NCBI GenBank assembly: GCA_002269645.1
Contig: NIVC01000553.1
Span: 342,554 to 406,553, forward strand
Direction: 5' to 3'
DNA length: 64,000 nucleotides
DNA from: Macrostomum lignano
Lineage: Eukaryota
Made by a program: the position numbers and the translations under genes. Numbering within the stretch: the stretch's first letter is position 1; every line of letters begins with the position of its first letter. The notes under the pieces were generated by a model. That model made no database searches. It saw only the letters and a list, made by a program, of their open reading frames with translations, and was not told the DNA's origin. Shown piece after piece: positions 49,276 to 61,839 of this stretch.

Positions 49276-50409
49276 CAAGACGCAGATGAAGCATATATAA
49301 TGAGCAGCAGGACCAGCATCCAGTTAAAAATGCATGCAGCCACACGCCTCTTCATCTGCGTACTTCATACCCCAGTTATAAGCCCCCAGCTCAGCTGCAG
49401 ACTATTGGGATGACGCAGGCCTCAGAGGTGTGGCCTGGGGTGTCCCAGCAGAGCGCCTTCGAGCTTCGAGCAGGCCATGAGGCATCAGGGAGAAGCACTT
49501 CACTCGATGCTTTAATCCATTTGCCAGCTTGTCGGCTCAATGGAGTGGATTATCCCTCAAGACATCGCGGAAACAACTGATGGAGCTAAGCTAAGTAATA
49601 TAACAGTTGCTAGGGAAGAAAAATGTGAGAAAAGTGACAGCTGCACAAATTTAATCCTAAGCTGCATGCAGACTCTTGGTGCGCCTTCAATTTTGGTTTC
49701 GTAAGTCAGGTGTGACACTGCCCTGTCTAACAGGTGTGTGACACTGTCCTGTCTAACAGGTGTGTGAGACTTTGGTTGGTGTGTGAGACTGTCCTGTCCA
49801 ACAGGTGCAATTGGTATATCTAACCAGTGAAAAAACGTGCAAATGTAAATATGAAAATTTTATTTAGATTATTATAGAATATAAACATCAAAACTTTATT
49901 TTTATACTAGCAGTAGTGTGCAAGGAACACACGCTATCCTAATCTAGAACTGTACAACTGGGTCCTAAAGAAACTCAATTCTCAGTTTGCGTCTTCCATT
50001 TATCGCAATTTTTCACCACCAGATTAGTAATCAAAAACTGCTCAAGAAACTTCTTAATCCCCTCGTGGGAATCCAGAATGATGTGCTCAATCATGCTCGG
50101 CTATTATCGTTGAAATTGGGCATTCCTAGAAAGTCACATGTTGGCTGGTCTCCAACTCGAAACTGACTGCTGGCTACACGAGATTTGTACAAGGGTACGC
50201 AGTGTGCGGAACCGGATTAGCAATAGGTTCCGGCTTGTTTCATTTCATTTTTTCGGTCACGATGATGAGACACTCGATACTGTAACAAGCTGGAAAGTTT
50301 GTGTCTGGATTTTCTCAGTAAAATATTTATGCTCATCTTGAAGAGTCTCAGCTGAATACATGTTTAAAGCGAACAACGATCGCAACAAATCTTAACGAAT
50401 ATCACTGAA

Positions 50410-50940
50410 ATCTCACTGAATCTCAAGTGAATCTCACTTACAAATCTCAACGAATATAGCTTGAAACTCACCGGGAACTCTGAATCTCATTTGAATCCCA
50501 CCTATTCTCACTTGAATCTCACCTATTCTCACTTGAATCTCACAGAATCTTACTTGAATCTCACCGAATCTTGCTTGAATCTCACAGAATCTCACTTAAA
50601 TCTCACAGAACTTTTCTTGAATCTCACAGAATTTTTCTTGAATCTCACAGAATCTCACTTGAATCTAAAAGAATCTCACTTGAATCTGACAGGAATCTCA
50701 CTTGAATCTCAAACAATCTCACTTAAATCTCACAGATCGCACTAGAATCTCACAGAATCTCACAGAATCTCACTTGAATCTCACTTAAATCTCAACGAAT
50801 CTCACAGAATCTCACAGAATCTCACTTGAATCTCACTTGAATCTCACTTGAATCTCACAGACTCTCACTTGAATCTCACAGAATCTCACTTAAATCTCAC
50901 AGAATATCAATTGAATCTCACAAAATCTCTCTTGAATATC
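50410..50940. repeat. Degenerate 10-11-bp repeat (GAATCTCACA / GAATCTCACTT)
   Basis: Many GAATCTCAC units. Confidence 0.9.
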
Positions 50941-51820
50941 ACTTATTCTCAACAAGTTCATCAAAATAATTTTCAGATATATGTAAGTTTAATAAGGTGG
51001 AACTGTATCAGGAAGAATATTATGTTGCTAAAAGAAAACGCCAGTCATGTGTCATTTCCCTTGATCCGCAGGTAATTTTTATATGAAAGTGCATTTATTC
51101 ATCAAATAACATTTTTTCACGTAAAAGTTAGGCTTATGATACAAAGAGTTCTAATTTCGGTTTTAGAAACTTAAATAATGGAACACCTCTTGATACGAGC
51201 GTATTGTGGCGAAGGCAAAGCCGGGTGTTCAACAGGAATGCGACAACGCGAAGTAAAACAAAAGACTATAAACTATAACAAAAGATTCGCGATGTACACA
51301 AGCATACAAAAGTTAGCTAGCAAATAAATTATTTAGATGAAAAATTAAATAACAAAGCATACGTGATACTGTAATTTACAATAAAAAGCAATTTCGGGTA
51401 ATAATATTCGGCATAAAATGGATACCACCTGAAATACGAGTGTTATGAAGGATGAAAGAATTCTAAACACCGCAAAAAATACTAAAGATTGGAAAATTGC
51501 TTTCTTGTGCTGGACTCCAATTTTTTGATTGAAAAGTGTTATGTTTTAGCAGTTAAACTTTAAAAAATATAAATCAAGGCCTGGGCTAATGGTTATACGA
51601 TACGAAGAATAAAATTTGTCGTTTTTGTAAATGAAAAGAAAAACTTAAAGGAAAAGCTAATAACTGTAAGTGTTAAGTTTCACAGGCCGAGCTTTGTGGA
51701 GATACATTGGAACTTCAATTAGTTTAAAGTCAAGGAATTGTGGATTGTGATAGAAAAAGAAGATAAGAAAAAAAGAGTATTAGATTAAGAGAATTTCCAG
51801 ATCCTATACGAGCCCGAAAG

Positions 51821-52761
51821 TAGGGATTCCAAAATCCCGACATTTTACAATCCCGGGATTGAATAGTCCCGAAATCCCGATGCTGTTGAAATCCCGGGAT
51901 TCAAAATCCCGGAATCCCGGTGCTTTTGCAATCCCGGGATTAAAAATCCCGGGATTCGATTCCCAAAAAAATCCCGGGATTCAAATCCCGGATTTTTGGC
52001 CCCAATCCCGGGATCCCGGGATCCCGGGATTGGAATCCCTAAATTGCTAGACGGACTGTGCGGCGTGCCGCGTGCAGTAGTCATGGTCTCGCGACTCTCA
52101 GAGTCTCAGGGCCTTTTCATATTACCAATTCCAGAACCAGAATCGGTTCGGAATTCGAAGAAAAACAGCAGTATAACTATTAAACTCTGTTAATATTTGA
52201 CTGCCTTAACAGCCTCACTTAGCACAATTTTTCACTTTCTTCTTGGCGACTGTCATTCAATAATAAAAACTTTATAGCACGTATCTCCCTCTAGTTATGG
52301 AGACAAAAAGTTTATACTTCACAAATTGGTTCTTGTTCTGGAACCAGAGCAAGCAATATGAAAAGGCCCTCAGTCTCGTCTCGTGGTAGAAAACGAAAAA
52401 AAAGTTAAAATTATCTATAATTTACAGTTCACATTAACAATTTTTAGCTCAATTAGGACAGGAGCTTTGCAAATGTTTAACGTTTCATTGAGAAACAGCA
52501 AAAACAAATAAATGTTTTATTATTCAAATAAACGTTTAGACTTTAAATTATCTAATTTAGGCATTGAAAGGTCGTTCTAATCCCGGACCAATCCCGGGAT
52601 TAAGGCCTTGAAATCCCGGGATCCCGATCCCGGTCTTTTGCAATCCCGGGATTAAAAATCCCGGGATTCGATTCCCAAAAAAATCCCGGGATTCAAATCC
52701 CGGATTTTTGGCCCCAATCCCGGGATCCCGGGATCCCGGGATCCCGGGATTGGAATCCCTA
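51821..52761. mobile_element. Non-autonomous hAT-type DNA transposon, 941 bp, with 12-bp TIR and 8-bp TSD
   Basis: TIR TAGGGATTCCAA (51821) and TTGGAATCCCTA (ends 52761); identical 8-bp flanks CCCGAAAG at 51813-51820 and 52762-52769; subterminal ATCCCGGG arrays. Confidence 0.9.
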
Positions 52762-53582
52762 CCCGAAAGACAACAGGCTCGTACGAAAGACTCCGATTAA
52801 AAAAACAACAGAGCAGAAGAAACGGTGCTTGTTAAATACAATAATTACAATTCGAGAAAAATCAAAGGAAACCGTAAAAAATTTGCTGAATAGTTTTGTT
52901 AATATGAGGCAGATGATTTTTTGAGACAGGAAAACAATTTCCTGTGACTAGCAAAAAGGGCAAACCTTTTCGAGTAAGATCGAGCATAATTAAAATTAAA
53001 AACAGTAAATAAATTCTAATTACTTTTGTGGTTTACGTGAAAAAAACTGAAGTTTTCACGACGACTAAAGTAAAATAGGTTGTGAAACACATGTACAGTT
53101 CGAATCAATGTACGCAGTTTAGCTATGTACATTTTAGACCGTGGTGGAGAGAGGGGGGGAGGGTCAAGGCAGCTACTGTACACACACAGTGTACATTCCT
53201 TAAACAGGGTCTCGCAATGGAGTGAGGTGGGTTGGTCTGGCTAAACTGATAATCGATCCCTCGTCGGGTAAGAGAGTGAAAACGCTAATGGCCCACTGTG
53301 TGGTTATATACTTCCTTTCAATGCCAGCTTTGAAGTAAACAATGCTATTCTCACATATTGTTTCAGCTCCCCTAGAGGGGGAACGACTGAGCTAGTCTTA
53401 AACACTAATTCTCGTCATTTTACAATATTCAAGGCATATAATTGGGCCTAAAAATTGGGTCTTTTAGATTGAGGGCCAAAAAGTGTAAATATGGGAAAAC
53501 CGCGTGCTTTCCGTGGAAAATCCTTTCTTCCATCCATAGCTACATGTACATTATACAATCATTATTACATTCAAGTAATATT

Positions 53583-56500
53583 CTAGCTAGGAGAGTGGCT
53601 CCGCTTTCTCGACGATCGATGCTGATTGGACTTCAGTCCAGCTGCCTGTGCCGCGGTGACGTCTGCTGATACGGGCGACGCTCGCAGTCGCGGCGTCAGG
53701 GCGATGATGCAATCGCCGATTTCTAGGCGACCGCAGGCCAAACCGAAAATCTCCATGGCTCGCATTGGATCCCGAGCAGACCAGCCAGATTTGTCTGGCA
53801 CAAATAGCGGCTGGCTTGAGGGTAGGCGGAGACTTCGGGTCTGCTGGAGTTTCAGGTTTTTCGGTAACACGTTAGCAGCAATTAAAATTTACCGTCATTG
53901 TATCAGCCAAGCAGTCGATTGGCTACATGCTACAGTCAAGAATTTCATATCTGTAGTTAGAAAACACGGGGCACTGCTCCCATATTTGCTCTTGGACAAA
54001 TTTGTCAGCCACTTTTCATTCTAACGCGGCAGCAGCGAATTCTAAAATGTCTATATTTCTCCCGAGAATAACAAATTTGAGCTCAAATTTGAGCGCACAC
54101 CCTTCAGGGGCGTTAAAAAGATCTCCAAGAATTAGAGAAGAAGAGTCACGTTTCCCACTCAAACAAACGGTTGCCAGTTTTTTTCTGCTAGGAAATTCCA
54201 CTGACTAGGCTAGGAGGAGTAACAACTTTTTAATGTTGCTGGGATGTCAAGCACGTGTTAGGCGAAAGCGTGTGTTTGAGCTGGGATACACTGATATACT
54301 CAAATCGATAACTGATCCAAGGGATCGGGGCCTGTCCTGCCCACGCAGCCGATCAACTCAGACTCAAGAGAGACGAGCAGGAAAGAGAGACAGAGATCGA
54401 GAATTAAGCGAAGAAAATTTTAACTCATAATTGCTCACTTTAACATGCAATTTTTTGTTTTACTTTTCAATTTTCCCCGGTGACACGTGAGACGAGCAGA
54501 ATTTGCGTCGGAAGGAGGGGTGCTTCATAAGCTCGAAGTTTCATTACTAATAAATTTGTGTCATTTCATTCAGCTTTATTAGCAACTCAATTATCACTCA
54601 AAATACATAGTTAAGCATTTGGGATTAAAGTGACGTATTAGCTCTATAACAGACGCGACGACTACCGTACTTGCGTAGTGTGTAGATTTTCATTTTTCCA
54701 ACACTTTTTCCTACTCTCGATTATACCTCTCTGCCTGTGAAAGAGTCAAACAAGTTTGAGGGGCCATGGCAGGAACTGTCTGCCTGCCATTGCACTGGCC
54801 AGTTTTTGGTCAAGTGTGTAAAGATCTTCAACGATAGGTTTGAACAGCTTTGTAGGGCGCGGCGGGAGCCGGCCGTGCCCACGGCAACAATTTAAATAGC
54901 TGTGCCATGGACCGCTGATGCGATGCATCTGGACTAGAATTTGGATTAATATTGTTCATAAAGCGTTGCTAGACTTAGTCCTAAAGGTTCATAAAACTAT
55001 TCAATCAGCGGTATAAATAGTTAAAACAATTGTTCAAGAAAGGCAATACACTGGGTTATAGAATGTCTTATGAATTGGTCATAGATTGCCTGTAAAATTG
55101 GGTCATAGACTGTCTGTATAATTGAGTAATAAATTGTCTGTGACATTGGTCATAGACGGTCTGTAAATTAGTCATACGCTCGTAGATTGTCTGTAAAATA
55201 AGGTCATAGAATTTCTGTAAAATTTTTCGGGAATTGTCTGTAAAATTGGCCATAGAGTGTCTTCTAATTTGGTCATTAGATTGTCTGTAAATTTGGTCAT
55301 TCGATTGTCTGTAAATTTGGTCATTAGATTGTCTGTAAATTTGGTCATTAGATTGTCTGTAAATTTGGTCATTAGATTGTCTTCTAATTTGGTCATTAGA
55401 TTGTCTGTAAATTTGGTCATTAGATTGTCTGTAAATTTGGTCATTAGATTGTCTGTAAATTTGGTCAGAGAGGGATGCTATAGAAACCGCCGATATTAAC
55501 TTGAATTAACTGGTTCTAGTCCAGACGGAATTGACTTACACTGGGGAGTTTTAGCGGCAGGATTAGAAGTCCTTGGCATTAGCATATGGCCGGGTCAGTC
55601 AGTGTTTGTGGGGGGGGTGGACAGTGGGGAGCAGAGGGGGGACTTGAGGATCAGTGACGACTCCGCCTCAGTTTATCGTGGAGTAGCAATAGTGAGGAGT
55701 GGTTTTAATGCGCTCAAGTGGGGGAGGGGTTTAAGGGAATAGTCAGTTTAGGTCGGGTCGCTAAGCGGTATTCAGACACCACTATATGGGCATTTGGGTC
55801 GGCATTTTCAAGCGGCTGATTTCACTCATAACTGCCTGTCACTCTCCCTGCTCACTCCTCTCCCTTTCACAAGCTTGCTCCTACCCCTTGTTTCTATCTC
55901 GCTTGGTTGGGGTTAGGGTTAAGGCGCGATTGTTAACTGACCATCATTAATTGCTGCTGCATCTATTTTCCAAATATGGAGGGACACTTTTTACAAAGAC
56001 ACACAGGAAAGAGATGCCTATGGTCCGAGATGTCTATGGTCCGAGATGTCTATGGTCCGAAATGTCTATGGTCCGAGATGTCTATGGTCCGAGATGTCTA
56101 TGGTCCGAGATGTCTATAGTCCGAGATGTATATGGTCCGAGATTTCTATGGTCCGAGATGTTTATGGTCCGAGATGTCTATGGTCCGAGATGTCTATAGT
56201 TCGAGATGTCTATAGTCCGAGATGTATATGATCCGAGATGTCTATGGTTCGAGATGTCTATGGTCCGAGATGTCTATGGTCCAAGATGTCTATGGTTCAA
56301 AGATTCACGGCAATTACATTCAGGCAGCAGATCTTCAATCAAAAGAACCATAGACAGACAAGTCGCCAAATACGAGCTATAAAGCCATAGACAAATAAGC
56401 TTTAGCGCACAGACAAACGAAAGCCATTCTTGCTGCATTTTGTAAAGTTAAATGGACCATAAACTAAAGAGTCTCACGGCCAGAATTTATTACGGTACCA

Positions 56501-58295
56501 ACGAGGCCACTCCAGTAGTGACAAGTAGAAAAGTGTGGGAGACAATTAAGTATATACTAGCTAGAGCTGTCAAATTGACTTATACAGAATTTTAAGTAAC
56601 TGTTCTTGAAGCCTTGAAACTTTATGCTCGTGCGAATATAAAAAATCTACATGGGCTCTTCCGATAGTTTAGTTTTGCTTAAATTAAATTAAAACTGACG
56701 AGTTTTTCTAGCAGGGAGTTCGCGTTTGTTCTCAGCGAAGCAGGCTTGTCTTGTGGTGCTGAAGTGATCCTTGCGCAGCGTTTGGGGCGCCAGAGTTGCG
56801 CCTGTTGCTCCTTGGCGACCTATTTGTTGGCGCCCCTGTCTCTTGGTTGGCGCCCCTGTCTCTTGGTTGGCACCCCTGTCTCTTGGATGGCACCCCTGTG
56901 TCTTGGATGGCGCTCATGTCTCTTGGATGGCGCCCCTGTCTCTTGGATGGCGCCCCTGTCTCTTGGATGGCGCCCCTGTCTCTTGGATGGCGCCCCTGTC
57001 TCTTGGATGGCGCCCCTGTCTCTTGGATGGCGCCCCTGTCTCTTGGATGGCGTCCCTGTCTCTTGGATGGCGCCCCTGTCTCTTGGTGGGCGCCCCTGTC
57101 TCTTGGATGGCGTCCCTGTCTCTTGGATGGCGCCCCTGTCTCTTGGTTGGCGCCCCTGTCTCTTGGTGGGCGCCCCTGTCTCTTGGTGGGCGCCCCTGTC
57201 TCTTGGATGGCGCCCCTGTCTCTTGGATGGCGCCCCTGTCTCTTGGATGGCGTCCCTGTATCTTGGATGGCGCCCCTGTCTCTTGGATGGCGCCCCTGTA
57301 TCTTGGATGGCGCCCCTGTCTCTTGGGGGGCGCCCCTGTCTCTTGGATGGCGTCTCTGTATCTTGGATGGCGCCCCTGCTCTTGGTGGGCGCCCCTGTCT
57401 CTTGGATGGCGCCCCTCTCTCTCGGTGGGCGCCCCTGTCTTATAGGGACGCCCTTATCCCTATTATGTCTATGGCACAATCTGAAGTTCAGAAATTCAAA
57501 ATCGAAAATCAAGCCCAGCTCAGAACGCACCTGCTTCCGCTCCGCACCGATCGACACCAGCTGCAGTGTGGAGGTGCCGTCAGTCCTGCTGTCTTCAACC
57601 TGAACAAGCCGACAGTGAATCAGGCTGAAGCCGCTGGCTTGAGATTCGATTGCTGCAACAGCGGAAGCAGAAGAGGCCGCGGCAGGCACAGCGTTAGCCA
57701 TTGCCGTCAGTTCGAAATCCTGCAGGGTGAGCTCTTCAACCCGCTTGAACCTGCCGCCCCAGATTGACAGGACTGTGCCTCTCCTGAACAGTTGGTTCAC
57801 CATTGGCAGCGCTTCTGCACCGCTGCCGCTTGCTGCTGCTCCGACAGATCGATGCAGCCTTGGCTGAAGCTGACCCGGATGCAGATGAGGCTGCTGATGA
57901 GGCTGGAATTGAGGCGGCAGGCGGGGCACTTCAGCCATAGACAATGGCGGGTACCTGCCGCCAGGGTGCATCTGGTGCAGCATGGAGCGGCTGGCAGGGG
58001 GATATTGTGGCGGCGGCGGCGGCGGCGGCGGATGCAGACCGAAGGCCGTCATCAGAGCCGCGGCATGCAGAGCCGGCGACAACTGCGGCTGCGGCGGCTG
58101 CGGTGGCGGCAGCTGCGGCGGTGGCTGGGGCGGCAGAGGATGCTGCAGCTGCGACATCAGCGAAGCCGACGACTGAGCAGTTTGCGGCCTCCAGATTGAA
58201 GAGGCGGCTGCTGCTGCTGCTGCTGCTGCTGCGGCCACTGTTGCTGTTGAATTTCCAGAAGAAGCTGTGGCCTTCTCCATCGTCAGGGTGCTCAT
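53583..58295 (-). CDS. ATXN1: Ataxin-1-like AXH-domain protein, about 340 aa, 2 exons
   Basis: Exon 58295-57531 (donor CAG|GTGCGT) joined in phase 0 to exon 53843 or 53840-53583 (NAGNAG acceptor). The AXH domain is split by the intron: FRRGTVLSIWGGRFKRVEELTLQDF...SIGAERKQ / TRSLRLPSSQPLFVPDKSGWSARDPMRAMEIFGLACGRLEIGDCIIAL. The N-terminus is Ala/Pro/Gln-rich. Further upstream exons cannot be excluded. Confidence 0.87.
55050..55470. repeat. 24-bp repeat (AAATTTGGTCATTAGATTGTCTGT), ATXN1 intron
   Basis: About 9 clean copies at 55255-55470 with degenerate copies to the left. Confidence 0.9.
56005..56300. repeat. 16-bp minisatellite (GGTCCGAGATGTCTAT), ATXN1 intron; possible foldback remnant
   Basis: About 18 copies; GTTAGGGTTAAGG to the left and short inverted copies (CCATAGACA) at about 56347-56395. 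Confidence 0.92.
56815..57440. repeat. 20-bp minisatellite (CGCCCCTGTCTCTTGGATGG), ATXN1 intron near the donor
   Basis: About 31 copies. Confidence 0.97.
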
Positions 58296-58814
58296 CTCAC
58301 TGTCTGCCGGTGGAGGTTGTTGCTTTTAGTAATTTTTCAAGACGTTTTTTTGGTTATTAAAAAGTTCGACACGACTAGGGTTCTGCAGCTACTGAAATTA
58401 TGAATATGAATATTTGGTGGCCGGGTTGGCCGGACGCAGGAGCTGCTCCCAGCCAATGGCAGCGAATCGGTTCCCCTCTTTGTCCCGAATCACTGAGCCC
58501 CGCGGTCTCAGCCCCTCCCGCTGTTAACATAAACTAGATCTAATTGGCTTGGATTTATGATTTATTAATTCCCTAACTTGTGCCGCCCACTGTGGCTGAT
58601 TCCATGCCGAAGTCAGAACCTGCAGAGCGTGTTGGAATGCGGTTTTAAAAAAGCATATTTATTTATGTAGGGACAGAGAATGGAGAGACAGTCAGTCTTG
58701 CTGAAAGCTGATTCCCAACAATCGGAGAGAGTTTGATGGAGTAGATCGAAAAGAATAGATAAGATTGTTTTAAAAAATTTTCGAAAATGAATTGCAGAGC
58801 CAAATATTTCAGAG

Positions 58815-59510
58815 ATCATAGAGAATAGATCAGATAGAATAGATTTGAGAGAACAAATCAGAGAGAAAGATTAGAGAGAATAGATCAGAGAGAATAGATT
58901 AGAGAGAATAGATTGGAGAGAATAGATTGGAGAGAATAGATCAGAGAGAAAAATCAGAGAGAATAGATCAATATGGAATTAGATCAGAGAAAATAGATAC
59001 GAGAGAATAGATTAGATAGTATAGATTAGAGAAAATAGATTATGGAGAATAGATCGGATGGAATAGATTAGAGGGTATAGATCAGATAGAATAGATCAGA
59101 GAGAATATATCAATTGGAATAGATCAGAGAAAATAGATTAGAGAGAATAAACCAGAGAGAGTAGATTAGAGAAAATAGATTAGAGAGAATAGATCAGAGT
59201 GAATAGATCAGAGAGAATAGATTAGAGAGAATAGATTAGATAGAATTGATCAGAGAGAATAAACCAGAGAGAGTAGATTAGAGAAAATAGATTAGAGAGA
59301 ATAGATCAGAGTGAATAGATCAGAGAGAATAGATTAGAGAGAATAGATTAGATAGAATTGATCAGAGAGAATAAACCAGAGAGAGTAGATTAGAGAAAAT
59401 AGATTAGAGAGAATAGATCAGAGTGAATAGATCAGAGAGAATAGATTAGAGAGAATAGATTAGATAGAATTGATCAGAGAGAATAAACCAGAGAGAGTAG
59501 ATTAGAGATA
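58815..59510. repeat. Purine-rich ~16-bp repeat (AGAGAGAATAGATTAG) with a 112-bp higher-order repeat
   Basis: The marker AATAAACCAG recurs at 59146, 59258, 59370 and 59482. Confidence 0.93.
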
Positions 59511-59769
59511 ATTAATTCATCGACGAATATTTTTAAAATTTCTGCATGACGCCTCAGTGAAACATTTTGCCGAGTTGCCAAATTACAATCCCAATTAAAG
59601 AGGCAATTAGATGACATGCAAGGCAAGTACTCAAGAAGGGCAGGGTTACCCCAGCCACCCTACATACAGTTAACGTGAGAAATGCATTCAACCAAATAAA
59701 ACAGCCCTGTGTGCTGTTTGGTTCCGAAAACATTCACCTCCGTTTATGGTTACGAATAGTCTGCTGACG

Positions 59770-60195
59770 AGGGATTAGAATGGATTGCTAATCTATTGAG
59801 ACACAATATGGATGAAGGATTAGAGTGGATTGTTAATCTACTGCGACACAATATGGATAAAGGATTAGAGAGGATTGTTAATCTACTGAGACACAATATG
59901 GATGAAGGATTAGAGAGGATTGTTAATCTACTGAGACACAATATGGATGAAGGATTAGAGTGGATTGCTAATCTATTGAGACACAATATGGATGAAGGAT
60001 TAGAATCGATTGTTAATCTACTGAGACACAATATGGATGAAGGATTAGAATGGATTGCTAATATATTGACACACAATATGGATGAAGGATTAGAATGGAT
60101 TGCTAATCTACTGAGACACAATATGGATGAAGGATTAGAGAGGATTGCTAATCTATTGAGACACAATATGGATGAAGGATTAGAGTGGATTGCTA
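59770..60195. repeat. Second array of the 45-bp minisatellite family
   Basis: About 9 copies, same unit and orientation as 48115-49275. Confidence 0.96.
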
Positions 60196-60679
60196 ACTAT
60201 GAAACTCGAACTAGTTAATACTTTAAAGTACACATTGGAATAGAAATACGAGAGTAATATTCTTTGACCTTGTCACTTAGGCGAAAATGTACAATAAAGG
60301 TTCATGTCGGACTGGCTTATCTACCAACAAAATATTCAGTAGCATGGGTAATAGCATTGTTTATCTTACAGAAGTCAAGTAGTCTCAAGTAGTTTTCAAG
60401 TAGTCTGGGTTCTTACAGTATTATGCAACAATTATTTTTGCATTCGATTCACTCCCACGGTTGTTGCATGAATAAATTCAATAGAACTACGATTATGGTA
60501 ATTAGGAAGCCACACAACAGCCGCTGGTCCACCCTCTGAGTGCACTTTTGGCGTGTCCTCTTTTGGCCCGACTGGTTGGATGCGGAAGGCATGAACGCTA
60601 GCGATTGAGCCTGGCTATCAGGTCTCTTTTGGCTGGACTCTTTTCTGCCCCTTTTAAACTCATCCTTGTCCATCTCTCC

Positions 60680-61410
60680 CCATCTTCTCTCACCCACTCC
60701 CTCTCTCCCTCTCTCTAACCTCTCACCCTCTCCCTCTCCCTCTCTCTCCCTCTCCCTCTCAAACTCTCCTTCTCACCCTCTCCCTCTCACCCTCTCCCCT
60801 CTCTCCCTCTCTCCCTCTCCCTCTCAAACTCTCCTTCTCACCCTCTCCCTCTCACCCTCTCCCCTCTCTCCCCTCTCTCCCTCTCCCTCTCACCCTCTCC
60901 CTCTCTCCCCCTCTCTTCCTCTCCTCCTCTCTCCCTCTCCCTCTCACCCTCTCTCCCCATCTCTTCCTCTCTCCCCTCTCTTCCTCTCTCCCCTCTCTCC
61001 CCTCTCTCTCTCACCCCTCTCACCCTCTCCCCCCTCTCACCCTCTCCCTCTCACCCTCTCCCTCTCACCCTCTCCCTATATCCCCCTCTCTCCCCTCTCT
61101 CCCCTCTCTCCCCGCTCCTTTCTCTCCATCTTTCTCTCCCCTCCCTCTCCTTCTCTTCCATCTCTTTGCCTTTCTTTCTCGACTCAGTCCCTCTCCTTCT
61201 CTCCCCCTCTCCTTTCCCTACCCTTCTCTCACTTTCTCTCTCCCCTTCTCCTCTAAATCTCGCCCTCTCTATCTTCCTCTCCCTCTATCTCTGTCCTCTC
61301 TCCTCCTTCTCCCTCCCCTCTCCCTTTCCCATCTACACCTCTCTCTCAGATCTTCTCTCGTTCTAACTTCCTCTCTCTCCTTCTCCCCATCTTCTCTTCC
61401 CATCTCCCTT
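60680..61410. repeat. CT-rich low-complexity tract
   Basis: Direct inspection. Confidence 0.92.
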
Positions 61411-61839
61411 TCTCATATTGTGTGTCACTGTTACACCTCATAATTCTCCTGTTTCATATTTTGAACTTTGCGCTAAATTTTTGAACAATATTCGGCAGTG
61501 CAGCAGAGATATGTGAGCTCACCCGGCCGTAGGCAGGAGGGCAAATTTGCAACCAGCTGGCGGGTCAGTGTCACTATACCTGCACAACAGCGCAATTTGT
61601 ATCTTATCAAAATCTAAAGTGAAGTTTATACGCGGAGAGGGCATTTAGCGGCCCTGCCGCGGGATTGCGCGGCGATAACGGAGCAGTCACGTGACCCAAT
61701 TGATTATTTTTAAACATTACGTTATTAATTGCGCAAACTGTAACCATGTTTCAAGTGAATCTTTTGGCTCAGTTTGCATTGTGGCTGCTTTTTAAAGAAA
61801 CTTTTTACGATGAAAATTGCCAAAGACTCGATGGTCGAA

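Noticed and set aside
49905-51260. Possible Helitron-like ends (TACTAGCAG.. at about 49905; GCGAAGGCAAAGCCGGG at about 51208)
   Set aside because: No clear terminal hairpin plus CTRR and no second copy in the window; too weak to call.
54746-54928. 60-aa ORF nested in the ATXN1 intron
   Set aside because: Short, with no recognisable homology and no convincing splice sites.
55905-55925. TTAGGG-like motif as interstitial telomere
   Set aside because: Only one or two degenerate units; such motifs also occur in the spacer of the foldback element at 6080-6105.
56820-57530. RDRGAIQETGAPSKRQGR repeats as the C-terminus of the 491-aa ORF
   Set aside because: The AXH domain is incomplete at 57531 and is completed by the exon at 53843-53583, so this segment is intron. 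An intron-retained isoform cannot be excluded without RNA data.
58208-58231. (CAG)8 in the ataxin-1-like gene as an SCA1-type polyQ tract
   Set aside because: It is read in the GCA frame as polyalanine, and Ala/Gln runs are common in the other genes here.
60579-60593. 15-nt identity to LRRC74 exon 3 (31775-31789)
   Set aside because: No flanking similarity and a stop follows within 5 codons; treated as chance.
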